Source: Fibrobacterales bacterium (lineage in GTDB: Bacteria > Fibrobacterota > Fibrobacteria > Fibrobacterales > JAOPTW01). Taken from it: DNA of 64,000 nucleotides. The notes under the pieces were generated by a model, which saw only the letters and a list, made by a program, of their open reading frames with translations, was not told the origin of the DNA and made no database searches. Positions 31,221 to 41,897 of the stretch are shown here, piece after piece; the first letter of the stretch is position 1, and the number at the start of each line of letters is the position of its first letter. The DNA lies in assembly GCA_051532055.1 (NCBI GenBank), contig JAOPTX010000010.1:1-64000 (forward strand). Direction: 5' to 3'. A program made the position numbers and the translations under genes.

Positions 31221-31691
31221 ATGAGTAAAGTGAAACAGAGTGATGACCATCTTCATGAATACTACCTGAACACAGATTATGTGGTTTGCATGGGAGGACA
31301 AGAATATCATATACGGGTCAATCAAGTTCCAGTAAAGTTACAATTGCTTATGGAGGATATGGGGTGGAGTGAAGCATTGTTTATATCTGCTGACAACCCA
31401 GGCTCAGAAAGGCTGTCAGATCAAGAGAACCAGAGTAGATATGAGCAGCTCAAGAAGAAGCTCACTTTGATGGGATGTGAGATGTGGTATGCAGAAGGGC
31501 GCCCTCTGTCAGGTGATTGGCCTATTGAGTCCAATGTTTTCGTACCTGATATACCCAAAGAGGATGCAGAGGAGCTTGCGTATTCATTTGGACAATATGC
31601 CTACCTTTGGATTGTTACCAAAGGTTCTGTTTCTCTCTGTTATACTGGGATATTGCAGTCTGAAATAGAGAAGCGGGATCTTTGGTGGTAG
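31221..31691 (+). CDS. DUF3293-like protein
   Basis: Y.NT.Y, FISADNPGS..LS..EN, W..E, A..FGQ.A. Confidence 0.8.
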   Translation: MSKVKQSDDHLHEYYLNTDYVVCMGGQEYHIRVNQVPVKLQLLMEDMGWSEALFISADNPGSERLSDQENQSRYEQLKKKLTLMGCEMWYAEGRPLSGDWPIESNVFVPDIPKEDAEELAYSFGQYAYLWIVTKGSVSLCYTGILQSEIEKRDLWW

Positions 31692-31790
31692 TACTCTTTA
31701 CTGAGTATATGCATTAAGGAGAGGAGATTTTGCCATTTTCTGGGGTTTCAATGGGCAAATTTATTACATTATGGCAAAATTTGTAACTGG

Positions 31791-33011
31791 TTGAAGTCTG
31801 TGGACCACTCTGAAAATATCGAAAAAAGCCCTGTTGTTGATCTTGCTGGACATGCAGATATCTATCGCGTCACAAAAGGTTCGAAAGAATATATACTCGT
31901 AGGCACTGCCCACGTCTCTCAAGAATCAGCTGATTTAGCGCAGCAGGTAATCATTGAAGAACATCCTGACACTGTTTGCATTGAGCTTGATGAAAAACGG
32001 TACGAATCAATTACTCAAGAGAAAAATTGGCAATCTCTTGATTTGCGTGAAATCATAAAAAAGAAACAGCTTGCTCAGTTTGTGGTGAGTTTGATCATGT
32101 CCTCATATCAAAAAAAGCTCGGTTCAAAATTAGGTGTACAACCGGGTTCTGAGTTTTTGGCATCAATCAAAACTGCTAAAGATACAGGTATTGCTGTTGC
32201 ATTGTGCGATAGAGATATTAAAACAACGATGAAGCGTGCGTGGACAAAAACACCACTGTATAAAAAAGGTATGCTGCTCGCATCAATATTTGGCTCACTT
32301 TTTGAAAAAGCAGAGATATCTGAAGATAAGCTCAGAGAGCTTCGTCAGAGTGATGCTATGTCAGAGATGATGAAAGAGATGGGCGATGCCCTCCCTACCG
32401 TTAAAGAGACTCTCATTGATGAGCGCGATGAATATCTTGCAGAAAAAATTCGCCAAGCTGATGGCAATAAGAAAGTTGCTATTCTTGGGGCCGGGCATGT
32501 ACCTGGTATTATTAAAATATTAGAAAATGACACTCCGGTAGATCTTGATGACCTTGATACTATTCCGAGATCTATCCCGTGGGGGATAATAATTGGTTCT
32601 TTAATAGCCGCTTTAATTATTGGCTCGCTTGTCTATATTGGTATGACTAAAGGAGCGGAAGTCGCAGGTGAGAATTTGCTTTTTTGGGTACTTATTAATG
32701 GTATTCCCGCAGCAATAGGTTCTCTCATAGCTTTTGCGCATCCTGTGACTACAATTGTTGCATTTCTAGCAGCACCAGTTACCAGTATTAATCCTGCAAT
32801 GGGTGTTGGTTATGTGACTGCATTTGTACAAGTGTTTCTTAAGCCACCAAGAGTGTTTGAGTTTGAACAATTGAGTGAGGATGTTGGCCACTATAAGCAA
32901 TGGTGGAAAAATCGCATTCTTCGTATTGTTTTGGTTATGATATTCACGACATTGGGTTCTGCAATCGGTACCTACGTCGGGGGATATGAATTAATAAAAA
33001 ACCTCTTCTAA
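31791..33011 (+). CDS. TraB/GumN-family (pheromone shutdown-related) protein
   Basis: LVGTAHVS..S, VCIELD..R, PGSEF, DRDI..T, LIDERD, GAGH, C-terminal TM domain. Confidence 0.92.
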   Translation: MKSVDHSENIEKSPVVDLAGHADIYRVTKGSKEYILVGTAHVSQESADLAQQVIIEEHPDTVCIELDEKRYESITQEKNWQSLDLREIIKKKQLAQFVVSLIMSSYQKKLGSKLGVQPGSEFLASIKTAKDTGIAVALCDRDIKTTMKRAWTKTPLYKKGMLLASIFGSLFEKAEISEDKLRELRQSDAMSEMMKEMGDALPTVKETLIDERDEYLAEKIRQADGNKKVAILGAGHVPGIIKILENDTPVDLDDLDTIPRSIPWGIIIGSLIAALIIGSLVYIGMTKGAEVAGENLLFWVLINGIPAAIGSLIAFAHPVTTIVAFLAAPVTSINPAMGVGYVTAFVQVFLKPPRVFEFEQLSEDVGHYKQWWKNRILRIVLVMIFTTLGSAIGTYVGGYELIKNLF

Positions 33012-33118
33012 TTTTTTGGCTTATCAGGCGAGACCTGCTGCGTCATTGAACTCTTGACGTACCAAAGTACGCCTTCGAGCCCATTTCCTTGTATCTCCCA
33101 GCTGTTAAACCAAAAAAT
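33011..33118. repeat. Small MITE/REP-like element with imperfect terminal inverted repeats
   Basis: ATTTTTTGGCTTATCAG ... CTGTTAAACCAAAAAAT (15/17 IR match); internal CGTAC-CAAA-GTACG hairpin. Confidence 0.55.
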
Positions 33119-33293
33119 GGTTTTGCTTTTGGATCGATGCGCTTTGCGCATCATTGCGTTCTATTTCTATTTACTTCAATTAATTACTTGTTTGGGTAAT
33201 TGTTGGTTTTGTAGGATTTTTTTGTGAGAACTGCTTTGTTGATGCAGGGTGAGAAGTTAGTTTATGGGAGATTGCTTTTCTTTTGAGATTGGA

Positions 33294-34805
33294 ATGAAAT
33301 TTTCTGCTTTGAGAGTTGTATTTTTGGCACTTTGGACTCTAACTTTTTTAGGATGTTTTGAGAGTGGGGTTAGTACTGCGCCGAGTAATGAACCCGCTGA
33401 ATCACTTTCGGATAGTCTTTTTTTGGCAATACAGGATAGTATTCTAAAAGAGATTATAGGCCAGCAAAGTGACCCTGAAGTACAACGAAAATTGTACAGT
33501 GACCTCTATGGAGAATTTCATGAATTAGAGTCTGAGCGGATAGAGGCTGAATACGATTCACTTGCGCAGTTGTTTGTAGACTCTCTTACCAAAGCCCAGC
33601 ATAAGGAGCAACAATGGGTATTAGATAGCCTTAGAGAGTCGCAGGTGGCGTTGCTCGATAGTATTGTTCTTCTACAGGAGAGGATATACGATAGCCTTTC
33701 GTTTGCGAACCAAGAAAAAGTTGATAGCGCACGGGTTGGCTTATATGATTCCTTACGGGCTGATATATATAGTGACCTTTATACCGCGAGCGGCTCGAAC
33801 TACTTAGGTTTTGGAGTGTATACGCAACAAACGGTAATAAATCCAACACTGTACCCATATTATGAGGAAGTTTTTGGAGGGTATGAACTATTCCAATCCC
33901 TTGCAACAGTAAAAATAGAGAATAGGAATAGGGATGAAGCATATAGAGTTTTGATCGAAGTTGAAATACCGGGATACACTGAAATTGCAACGAAAACAGT
34001 AATATTGGATAAGTCGGGCAGTCAAGATGTATCTCTCTTACCTACTTTAAAGTATGACGTTGTTTCAAAAATTATAGAACAGACTGATGTACAGGTATCT
34101 GTTAGAATTTATCTTGTTAAAAATGATAAAACAGTGTTGATGCATAGTGAGAGTAATGCTTCTTCAATTGCTCCAGCTAATACTTGGTCATCTCAGCGTG
34201 CTTTTGATTATGATAACAACAGTACAACCGTACTTGATGTAGTAAATTATGAAGAGTATATCGTGCGCTGGGCTCAACATAATGATCCATCTTTAGAGGA
34301 ACTCAGTAAAGAGGCAATTAGCTACACTTCTGATCAATCCTTTATTGGGTATCAAGAAATTTCAGGCTCAAGTAAAGAGGCTATTGTTAATTCTCAAGTT
34401 GAGGCCCTTTATAAAGCGCTCCAGGATAGAGATATCCAGTATATCAATAGCACCTTCTCAACTACTGGTCGTCAAAAAGTACTGTTCCCAGGGGAAACTC
34501 TCGCCTCTGGTGGGGCAAACTGTATTGATGGGACGGTTCTTTGGGCAGCGCTATTGAAGCATATTTCATTGCAGCCAATAATCGTGTTACTTCCGAGTCA
34601 TTCATTGATTGGCTGGAGGGCATGGCCTGGTGAGTCGGACATAACCTTTTTGGAGACGACACTGAATTGGAATGAAAGTAATGTGCCTTTTGAAACAGCA
34701 GTTTTTTATGGGGACTCGCTCTATAATGTCTGGAAAGATAGTGATAGTATTACAGTCATTGATGTGATTGAGAGTGCTATTCCATCGTTTCCCATCAGTT
34801 TTTAA
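33294..34805 (+). CDS. Lipoprotein with C-terminal transglutaminase/papain-like domain
   Basis: Lipobox FLGC; helical DSL-rich N-terminus; QKVLFP.ETL...ANCIDG...PSHSLIGW...FLETT. Confidence 0.7.
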   Translation: MKFSALRVVFLALWTLTFLGCFESGVSTAPSNEPAESLSDSLFLAIQDSILKEIIGQQSDPEVQRKLYSDLYGEFHELESERIEAEYDSLAQLFVDSLTKAQHKEQQWVLDSLRESQVALLDSIVLLQERIYDSLSFANQEKVDSARVGLYDSLRADIYSDLYTASGSNYLGFGVYTQQTVINPTLYPYYEEVFGGYELFQSLATVKIENRNRDEAYRVLIEVEIPGYTEIATKTVILDKSGSQDVSLLPTLKYDVVSKIIEQTDVQVSVRIYLVKNDKTVLMHSESNASSIAPANTWSSQRAFDYDNNSTTVLDVVNYEEYIVRWAQHNDPSLEELSKEAISYTSDQSFIGYQEISGSSKEAIVNSQVEALYKALQDRDIQYINSTFSTTGRQKVLFPGETLASGGANCIDGTVLWAALLKHISLQPIIVLLPSHSLIGWRAWPGESDITFLETTLNWNESNVPFETAVFYGDSLYNVWKDSDSITVIDVIESAIPSFPISF

Positions 34806-34920
34806 GTCAGAACTCTATTCTAGAGTTTTTTATTATTCAATACGTTTTTGCAAAAAATAGTTGGTTTTAGTTTATACATGAATGATATACTCTCGTTATA
34901 TAATAGCATAGGTGTATCAT

Positions 34921-36969
34921 ATGAAGTTAAAAATTAAGCTTCCTCTAGCGGCCGTTTTGAGTGGTTTAGTCATTTTTGGAATGTTTATCTCTACCTTGAT
35001 TATTTTGAAAACGGTTGAATCAGATACTGAAGTGGTAAGTCTCGCTGGTCGCCAGCGGATGTTGAGTCAGAAAATCTATAAGGATGTTCTTCTGTGTATA
35101 TCTGAAAGTGAAAGTGGCGGTGTTAGGTCTAAAACTAAAGAAAACATGCAGAACGCCATTCGTGTTTTTGACGAGACTTTAGAGGGATTAATTAATGGTG
35201 GGCCAATACCTTTAAGCTTGGAGGTAGATGGTAAAAAAATAGTTGCGCCCCAGGCACACCCCGATGAAGTTAAGAAGTTACAACGGGTAAATGTTATATG
35301 GACTGAATTATCAACACTATTGGAGAAGATTGTTTCTGGGAGGTTTAAAAACAATGTATCCATTAAAGAAATTGATCCTTTATTTGAGAAGCTTCTTTTG
35401 ACTTCAAATGAGTCTGTACATGAGCTACAGCGAGAGTCTAAAACTCATGTAGGGACACTTAAAATGATTCAATTTATCGGTGTGGTCTTGGGAGTTCTCT
35501 GTACGCTGTTCACTTTTTTTATTGTAATTCAGTTGTTGAAAAAACTTGAACGAGCTAATACGGTACTTCAAAAATATAGTGAGGGAGATCTAACAGAGCC
35601 AATACGCATTGATGTTGTTGATGAAATTGACGAAACTCTTAATAAAGTGGGTAAGCTCGGCGAAAATATGACGTCACTCATTAGCGAAATTCATGCTGCA
35701 AATAATATTTTGATTTCAGTCACCGATGACTTTACGCTTCAATTTTCTGAAATATCGGACAGAGCTGAACGGATGAAAGGAAGCTCAATCCAAGTAGCTG
35801 GCGCCACAGAGCAGGCCTCTGTAAGGGTTCGTTCTATTTCTGGTGATGTAGGAAATGCATCGAATTCAGTGAATACCGTTGCTCTCTCCATAGAAGAAAT
35901 GAGCTCTGCAATTGGTGAGGTTGCACAAAATTGTAGGGATGAAGCTGAACTCGCTCAATTAGCAAATGATAAAATTGTGGAATCGTTGAGAATTATGGAT
36001 AACCTCGATACTTCAGGTGAAGAGATTGGGAGGGTTGTGAGCGTCATTAATGATATTGCAGATCAAATTAACTTACTGGCTCTCAATGCAACTATAGAAG
36101 CGGCATCAGCTGGTGATGCAGGCAAAGGTTTTGCTGTTGTGGCAAGTGAGGTGAAAAACCTTGCGGATCAAACGTCGAATTCAACAGGGTTGATTAAAAA
36201 GCAAATTGAAGAGATGCAAGAATACACTAAGGAATCTCACAGCGCAATTGCAGACGTGGTGAAGGTCGTCGAAAAGGTTCATGATATATCGAATAGCATT
36301 GTCCTTTCAATGAGTGAACAGAGTCAAGTTGTTAATGAGATATCAGGTAATTTAGGTAATGTAAATAGTAGTTCACAAAAAATATCTGAAGGAGCTGCTG
36401 AAACAGCCTCTGGCGTAGAAGAGGTTAGTCATAGTATGGGGGACGTGCAAATAGAAATTGGTGAAATAGTCTCCAATCTTGGAGAGTCTCAAAAAAAGGC
36501 AAATGAACTGCAGCTCTTGGCTGGTGAACTGACCAAATTGGTGAATGTATTTAAAATTGAGACAGCTCTTATTAAGTGGGAGGATTCTCTGAGCGTGGGA
36601 GTTGATGAATTTGATAGTGATCACCAAGTATTGATTGGTATGATTAATGACCTTAATCTTGCCATGAGTGAAGGAAAGTCTAAAGACGCTTTAGGGAAAA
36701 TTATTGATGGATTGCTCGATTATACGGAATATCATTTTGGAAATGAAGAGCGGAATTTTAAAAAGTATGATTTCCCTGATGCGGAATCTCATACAGCGTT
36801 GCATAAGGTGTTTGTAGATAAAATTGCAACCTTTCGAGATGACGTGGCTTCGGGGCGTGCAATGGTGTCGAAAGATATTATGGTCTTTCTTAAAGAATGG
36901 CTTATCAAACACATTATGGGTGTTGATCGCCAGTATACTAAGTTTTTTAATGAACGTGGTATATTGTAA
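34921..36969 (+). CDS. Methyl-accepting chemotaxis protein with PilJ/NarX-like sensor and C-terminal bacteriohemerythrin
   Basis: [12 protein letters not shown] after TM1; [38 protein letters not shown]; hemerythrin ligands DH, HFGNEE, HTALH, HIMGVD. Confidence 0.93.
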   Translation: MKLKIKLPLAAVLSGLVIFGMFISTLIILKTVESDTEVVSLAGRQRMLSQKIYKDVLLCISESESGGVRSKTKENMQNAIRVFDETLEGLINGGPIPLSLEVDGKKIVAPQAHPDEVKKLQRVNVIWTELSTLLEKIVSGRFKNNVSIKEIDPLFEKLLLTSNESVHELQRESKTHVGTLKMIQFIGVVLGVLCTLFTFFIVIQLLKKLERANTVLQKYSEGDLTEPIRIDVVDEIDETLNKVGKLGENMTSLISEIHAANNILISVTDDFTLQFSEISDRAERMKGSSIQVAGATEQASVRVRSISGDVGNASNSVNTVALSIEEMSSAIGEVAQNCRDEAELAQLANDKIVESLRIMDNLDTSGEEIGRVVSVINDIADQINLLALNATIEAASAGDAGKGFAVVASEVKNLADQTSNSTGLIKKQIEEMQEYTKESHSAIADVVKVVEKVHDISNSIVLSMSEQSQVVNEISGNLGNVNSSSQKISEGAAETASGVEEVSHSMGDVQIEIGEIVSNLGESQKKANELQLLAGELTKLVNVFKIETALIKWEDSLSVGVDEFDSDHQVLIGMINDLNLAMSEGKSKDALGKIIDGLLDYTEYHFGNEERNFKKYDFPDAESHTALHKVFVDKIATFRDDVASGRAMVSKDIMVFLKEWLIKHIMGVDRQYTKFFNERGIL

Positions 36970-37018
36970 GAAGAGCTTGGGCGTAAAAGTCACAATATGT
37001 AGTGTATATATTGAAGGT

Positions 37019-37043
37019 AAAGGGACGCATTTTGTGTCCCTTT
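37019..37043 (+). terminator. Probable intrinsic terminator of the MCP gene
   Basis: AAAGGGACGCA-TTT-TGTGTCCCTTT followed by ACTTTTTT. Confidence 0.6.
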
Positions 37044-37081
37044 ACTTTTTTAGGGAAGGAAATTCCTTCCCTAAAAAAGTA
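37043..37081. repeat. Perfect 39-bp palindrome (19-bp arms, 1-nt centre)
   Basis: TACTTTTTTAGGGAAGGAA-A-TTCCTTCCCTAAAAAAGTA. Confidence 0.9.
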
Positions 37082-37163
37082 GGGTAGATCCATAATTTTC
37101 CGTTGACATAAGGTAGAATAGGTCGAAATGTCTTTAATTTGGCTCTAAATGCCAGTTTTGGTT

Positions 37164-37180
37164 TTGGCATCAGTTTTGCT
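37164..37180 (+). promoter_or_regulatory. Sigma54 (-24/-12) promoter
   Basis: TTGGCATCAGTTTTGCT = GG-N10-GC, ~30 bp upstream of the MerR ATG, which has a GGAGG RBS. Confidence 0.75.
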
Positions 37181-37211
37181 TTAAGTTTGAGTAAGATCAT
37201 GTGGAGGCACT

Positions 37212-37622
37212 ATGTATAATCAAAATGACGAATTTTTAGATCCGAGTGAATTTGGTGTAGAAGACATCAAAGTGAGTATCGGTGAAGCAGCAAAAATTAT
37301 TGGTGTAGCTGCACACACTATTCGCTATTGGGAGAAAGAGTTTGCTTTTTTTCTTTCATCAAATAGAACGAATGGAAGACAGCGTCGCTATGACGAAAAC
37401 GCTCTTGATAAACTTAAGAAGGTCTATGCTATGCTCAAACGTGATGGGTACTCTATTGCTGGAGCAAAGCGGGCGCTTTATTTTGAAATGAAAAATGGTC
37501 AATCAGAAGTGGCAAGTACGCCAGAGCAAAGTGTATCGAACAGTGAAGGGGAGATCGCTGATAGAATAGCTTCTATGATTAAAAATGAATTAATGAGTAA
37601 GCTTCTCGTTGCAGAACGATAA
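37212..37622 (+). CDS. MerR-family HTH protein
   Basis: SIGEAAKIIGVAAHTIRYWEKEF...R..GRQRRY, L..DGYSIAGAK. Confidence 0.9.
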   Translation: MYNQNDEFLDPSEFGVEDIKVSIGEAAKIIGVAAHTIRYWEKEFAFFLSSNRTNGRQRRYDENALDKLKKVYAMLKRDGYSIAGAKRALYFEMKNGQSEVASTPEQSVSNSEGEIADRIASMIKNELMSKLLVAER

Positions 37623-37666
37623 TATGTTATATTGTTTTAACATATAGTCTTATGATCGGATTATAA

Positions 37667-40600
37667 ATGATACAGTACTCTATAGTTATTGTAACCTATA
37701 ACTGTCAAAATGAAATCATTCATTGCCTAGAATCTATACGTCAGCACTATACTAATGCTGGCGTTCAAATTATTGTGGTCGATAATGATTCTACTGATAC
37801 AACTGCTGAAGTCTTACAACGTGAGACTGGTATTGAACTACTCCTTAATAAAAGTAATAGAGGGTTTGCTGAAGCGTGTAATCAGGGCGCGGCTCGGGCT
37901 GAAGGTGAGTTTGTTCTCTTTTTAAATCCCGATACACAACTCACTTGTGGTTCATTAGAGGCATTGGCCGAACCACTGCGACAATCAAAACAGGTTGGTG
38001 CAGTCGGGCCACTCTCAAATTTTGCAGCAGGGTGGCAGAATCTTCGTTATGTATACAACCAACAAACAATGGGGGATGCAAATGATGCTCTCCAAAAAGA
38101 AATTGTTGCAGTTGAGTTATCAAAGACTTTAAAGGGTCAAGCTAAAGAGGTAAAGTTACTCATTGGCTTTTGTGTTATGCTCCGTACTCAGTTATTTAAT
38201 GATATTGGTGGCATGGATAGTGCTCTCATTCTTGGAATGGATGACCTTGATTTAAGTTGGCGCCTTTCTCTCATGGGCAAAAAACTTATTGCCGTGTATG
38301 ATGCCTTTGTGTATCATAAAGGACAAGTCTCTTTTAATGCAACGCCTTCTGAACGCGTTGAACACATGAAAGAAGAGTCACGGAAAGTATTTTCCAAAAA
38401 ATTGATTGATCACTATGGAACGAAAGTTAAAGTACCATCATCGTGGGATTTGTGGGAAATAGATTGGTTTGAGTTGGAAGAAGAGATAGAGAGTGAGATC
38501 GCGATACAGATAGGCGACCCGCAGGATCTAGAGAAGGAACGTTCTATGAGTATTGCTTATTGTATTATGACTAAAGAGTCAACGACAAGTAGAAAATCTA
38601 TTGAACAGAGTATCGATGCGCTTTTTGAACTTGGTGTTTCACCAGATGATATTGTTGTAGCAAATAGTTCAGGCTTGGTTATGACCCAATCGTTTATTTC
38701 TAAAGATGTATTTGAGTGGAATATATCATCAGAGGCACCATTTGCAGAAGTATTAAAACGTGCACGCCGATGGTTTGTGAGTGACGCAATACTTTTTCTT
38801 GTTGGAGGAGTGGCGATTCCACATCTTCAATTTAGTGCTCTTGCCAAACGTGCAACATTAGGTACAGCTCTTTCTGGGCGGTTACTTGATATTAATGCAG
38901 GAACAGTTATCGAACCAGAGCCATCACGCCTTATTTTTGAAGAATCAATTTCGCAGATAGATCTTAATTATTTTCTCATTCCCGAATCAGTACAAGAGAG
39001 TTGTACAATAGAGAATTATCCAGATTTAGTACTTCATGTAACGCATTCAATCGACAGTGAACTTGAGGCGCCCAAAATGGGTGATGATAGTCTCCCTCAG
39101 AAGGTTGGGGAGACAACAATAAATATCCCTACGGGCCTTCCTGCTCAGGTTGAAGCGCTCGTAAAGGAATATCGATCGGTCTGTTTTTATGGAAAGGGCC
39201 AGTTTCTTGATCTCACTGGGAAAGAGATGAATCCTGTTAATGCTAAACTTATAATTTACCGGCTTTCTATTAGTGATATACGTCTTTTGTCAGTGTTGCT
39301 AAAGAGGAATCAAGGTGAAGCATTTCAATGTGCTGCATTCATATTTGATAATAGTATGTTTCAAAGTAGAGAACAAGAATTGTTTACTCAGAAAGGTGTG
39401 CAGCCTATTGATGTTATTCGAGAGGCGCAATTGGCAGGCCTTACTATTAACTCAATAGACCCTTACGAGTGTAATCCCATAGATATTGATGAGGCGTATG
39501 CATCAGTTCGGAGTAAAGTAGAGGGCTTTAATAGAGAAGAGACACTCTATGCAACTGCTCAAAAAATTATGATAACAACAACTCCTTGTAGTAGGGGGTA
39601 CTCATTAGAGAATAAAGTGTCTATCATAATGCTTGCATTAAATAAACTTGAGTATACGAAGCAGTGTATTGAATCGATACAAAAATATACTACCCAACAG
39701 TATGAATTGGTCTTGGTTAATAACGGCTCAACTGATGGAACCAAGGAATATTTTGATTCAATTACAGGCGCGGTTGTTGTGCACAATAGTGAAAACAGAG
39801 GTGTTGCGGCTGGCTGGAACCAAGGCATTGATCGGGCTACCGGTGACTATCTTCTTATATTTAATAATGATACTATTGTTGGTCCTGGGAGTATAGAAAA
39901 TCTTGTACGTGCGGCTGAGAACCATCCCAATGCAGGGATTGTAGCGCCGAGATCGAACGCAATAGCGGGACCACAAATGGTAGAGGGATTTAGGTATGAC
40001 TCAGTGGCTGCTATTCCGAGTTATATAGAGCAATATCAAAATGCAAATGAGTGTGCGGCGTGGGAGTTTACCCGTATTAAAGGTTTCTGCATGCTTATGG
40101 CTAAAGAAACTGTTTCGGAAATTGGCTATTTTGATGAACAATTTGGTTTCGGAAACTTTGAAGATGATGACTATTCATGTCGAGTACTCTACAGCGGGAA
40201 GAAGCTCCTCGTTGCTGATGATAGTTTTATCTTCCATTATGGAAGTGTAAGCTTTGGTCAGGCTGATTGTGACTGGAACGAGCTGATGATTAAAAATAAA
40301 AAACTGTTTGATGAAAAATGGAAAGAGGGGAGAGCGACACTTTCTCAAAACGCATTTCAGCTTCCCGGAGTAACATTGCCTATTGTGCCTACAGAGAATA
40401 CTTTACACGATAGTAACGAAGTACAGCATCATCATGACCCTGCGTGGATAGCCCTTCGTGGGGGTAATTATGATGAGGCCAATCGACTGTTTCTTGATAA
40501 ACTGGCTCAAAATGATCGAGATTCTGAAGTCTATTTTGGGCTTGGTTTAACTGCCATAGAACGAAATCACCCTATGGATGGGTATACTTTTTTCTGTAGA

Positions 40601-41887
40601 GGCCTTGAATTTGATCCTGATAATTCGGCAATAGCTTCTGCAATAACTAAATTTTTACGTGAGCATTCAGCGGCACAAGATATGTTAAATGTACTGCAAG
40701 TACTCTCGCGGAAGTATCCCCAACAAAGAGCATTTACTGACCTTTTAGCGGAGTTACAAACTAATGAGAGTGATGTATTAGATGGTTCTTGGGTTGAAAA
40801 AATTGAAGCCCTTATAGAAGCGCATGAGTTTGTAAAAGCAACGGCACTTCTTGATCAAAAACGTGCATTAGGGGAGTCGGGCTTTGAACTTTATAACCTG
40901 TATGGAGTCCAAGCGTATTATCGTGGCATCTATGATGATGCATTTAATTATTTTGATAAAGCACTTTCGTATAACCCCACTGATGAAGATACACTTCTTA
41001 ACCTCTATGATGCAGGGCTTCGCTTAAAGTTGTGGGGGCGTTTGATAGAAATATTAGAGTATGGGCTTGCAATGAAGCCAGAACTTGATACGGTACGACG
41101 ATGTTATGAAGAGATAAAGTCACTTAAGGAAGAAAGTGTTGACCCTCAGAATTTGATTTTTTATCGCGAGATGAATATTGGGGTAGAAACATTAATTCGA
41201 GAAGGAATGCTCGAGAAGGCTGAAAGTACAGTCGATGAAGTTTTAGAAAAAGAACCTCATAATTATCGAGCCCTTAACAATAAAGGTCTCATTCTGTGGT
41301 ATCAGGGTGATAAAGATGGTGCATGGAATTACTTTAAAGAGTCCCTTGAAATAAATATTTGGTATACCGATGCAGTCATGAATATGTATGACTGTTCTCT
41401 ACTGATTCAGAAAGAAGTAGAATTTGAGCAGTATCTTGATAAGGCATTAGCAGTAGCCCCTGCAAATAGAGACCTTTTGAGTGTTAAACAAGAATTACAA
41501 AGCGGAAAAAGGCCTTCCCGCATGGCAGTTTATTTTGATACTGTTGAAAATCCATTACAACAGAAAGTTGCTTCTGCAAAAAAACTAGTAGAGTCTCAAG
41601 AGTATGAGGCTGCGGTGATGCTTTTTACTGAAGTATTGGAACAAGAGCCAGACAATATAGATTGCTATAATGGACTGGGGATTATAGCCTATTATTGGGG
41701 GAACTATCAGGATTCTTTTAAATTGATTTCTCGGGCAGTGGAGCTCAAACCACTTGATCAGGATAGTCTCTTAAATTTGTGGGATGCTGCTCTAAAAATT
41801 GGTCGTGAAGTCGAAGTGAGAGAAGTGTTGCAGACTGCGGTAACTCTTGACCCATCATTACAACAAGTAGCCGAGACAATTGGATAA
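37667..41887 (+). CDS. Multidomain glycosyltransferase: two GT2 domains plus TPR array
   Basis: SIVIVTYN..VVDNDSTD..NRGFA..LNPD; second VSIIML..VNNGSTDGT..FNND..FDEQFG.GNFEDDD; C-terminal TPRs (YNLYGV, NNKGL, YNGLGI). Confidence 0.9.
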   Translation: MIQYSIVIVTYNCQNEIIHCLESIRQHYTNAGVQIIVVDNDSTDTTAEVLQRETGIELLLNKSNRGFAEACNQGAARAEGEFVLFLNPDTQLTCGSLEALAEPLRQSKQVGAVGPLSNFAAGWQNLRYVYNQQTMGDANDALQKEIVAVELSKTLKGQAKEVKLLIGFCVMLRTQLFNDIGGMDSALILGMDDLDLSWRLSLMGKKLIAVYDAFVYHKGQVSFNATPSERVEHMKEESRKVFSKKLIDHYGTKVKVPSSWDLWEIDWFELEEEIESEIAIQIGDPQDLEKERSMSIAYCIMTKESTTSRKSIEQSIDALFELGVSPDDIVVANSSGLVMTQSFISKDVFEWNISSEAPFAEVLKRARRWFVSDAILFLVGGVAIPHLQFSALAKRATLGTALSGRLLDINAGTVIEPEPSRLIFEESISQIDLNYFLIPESVQESCTIENYPDLVLHVTHSIDSELEAPKMGDDSLPQKVGETTINIPTGLPAQVEALVKEYRSVCFYGKGQFLDLTGKEMNPVNAKLIIYRLSISDIRLLSVLLKRNQGEAFQCAAFIFDNSMFQSREQELFTQKGVQPIDVIREAQLAGLTINSIDPYECNPIDIDEAYASVRSKVEGFNREETLYATAQKIMITTTPCSRGYSLENKVSIIMLALNKLEYTKQCIESIQKYTTQQYELVLVNNGSTDGTKEYFDSITGAVVVHNSENRGVAAGWNQGIDRATGDYLLIFNNDTIVGPGSIENLVRAAENHPNAGIVAPRSNAIAGPQMVEGFRYDSVAAIPSYIEQYQNANECAAWEFTRIKGFCMLMAKETVSEIGYFDEQFGFGNFEDDDYSCRVLYSGKKLLVADDSFIFHYGSVSFGQADCDWNELMIKNKKLFDEKWKEGRATLSQNAFQLPGVTLPIVPTENTLHDSNEVQHHHDPAWIALRGGNYDEANRLFLDKLAQNDRDSEVYFGLGLTAIERNHPMDGYTFFCRGLEFDPDNSAIASAITKFLREHSAAQDMLNVLQVLSRKYPQQRAFTDLLAELQTNESDVLDGSWVEKIEALIEAHEFVKATALLDQKRALGESGFELYNLYGVQAYYRGIYDDAFNYFDKALSYNPTDEDTLLNLYDAGLRLKLWGRLIEILEYGLAMKPELDTVRRCYEEIKSLKEESVDPQNLIFYREMNIGVETLIREGMLEKAESTVDEVLEKEPHNYRALNNKGLILWYQGDKDGAWNYFKESLEINIWYTDAVMNMYDCSLLIQKEVEFEQYLDKALAVAPANRDLLSVKQELQSGKRPSRMAVYFDTVENPLQQKVASAKKLVESQEYEAAVMLFTEVLEQEPDNIDCYNGLGIIAYYWGNYQDSFKLISRAVELKPLDQDSLLNLWDAALKIGREVEVREVLQTAVTLDPSLQQVAETIG

Positions 41888-41897
41888 AGGAGATACT

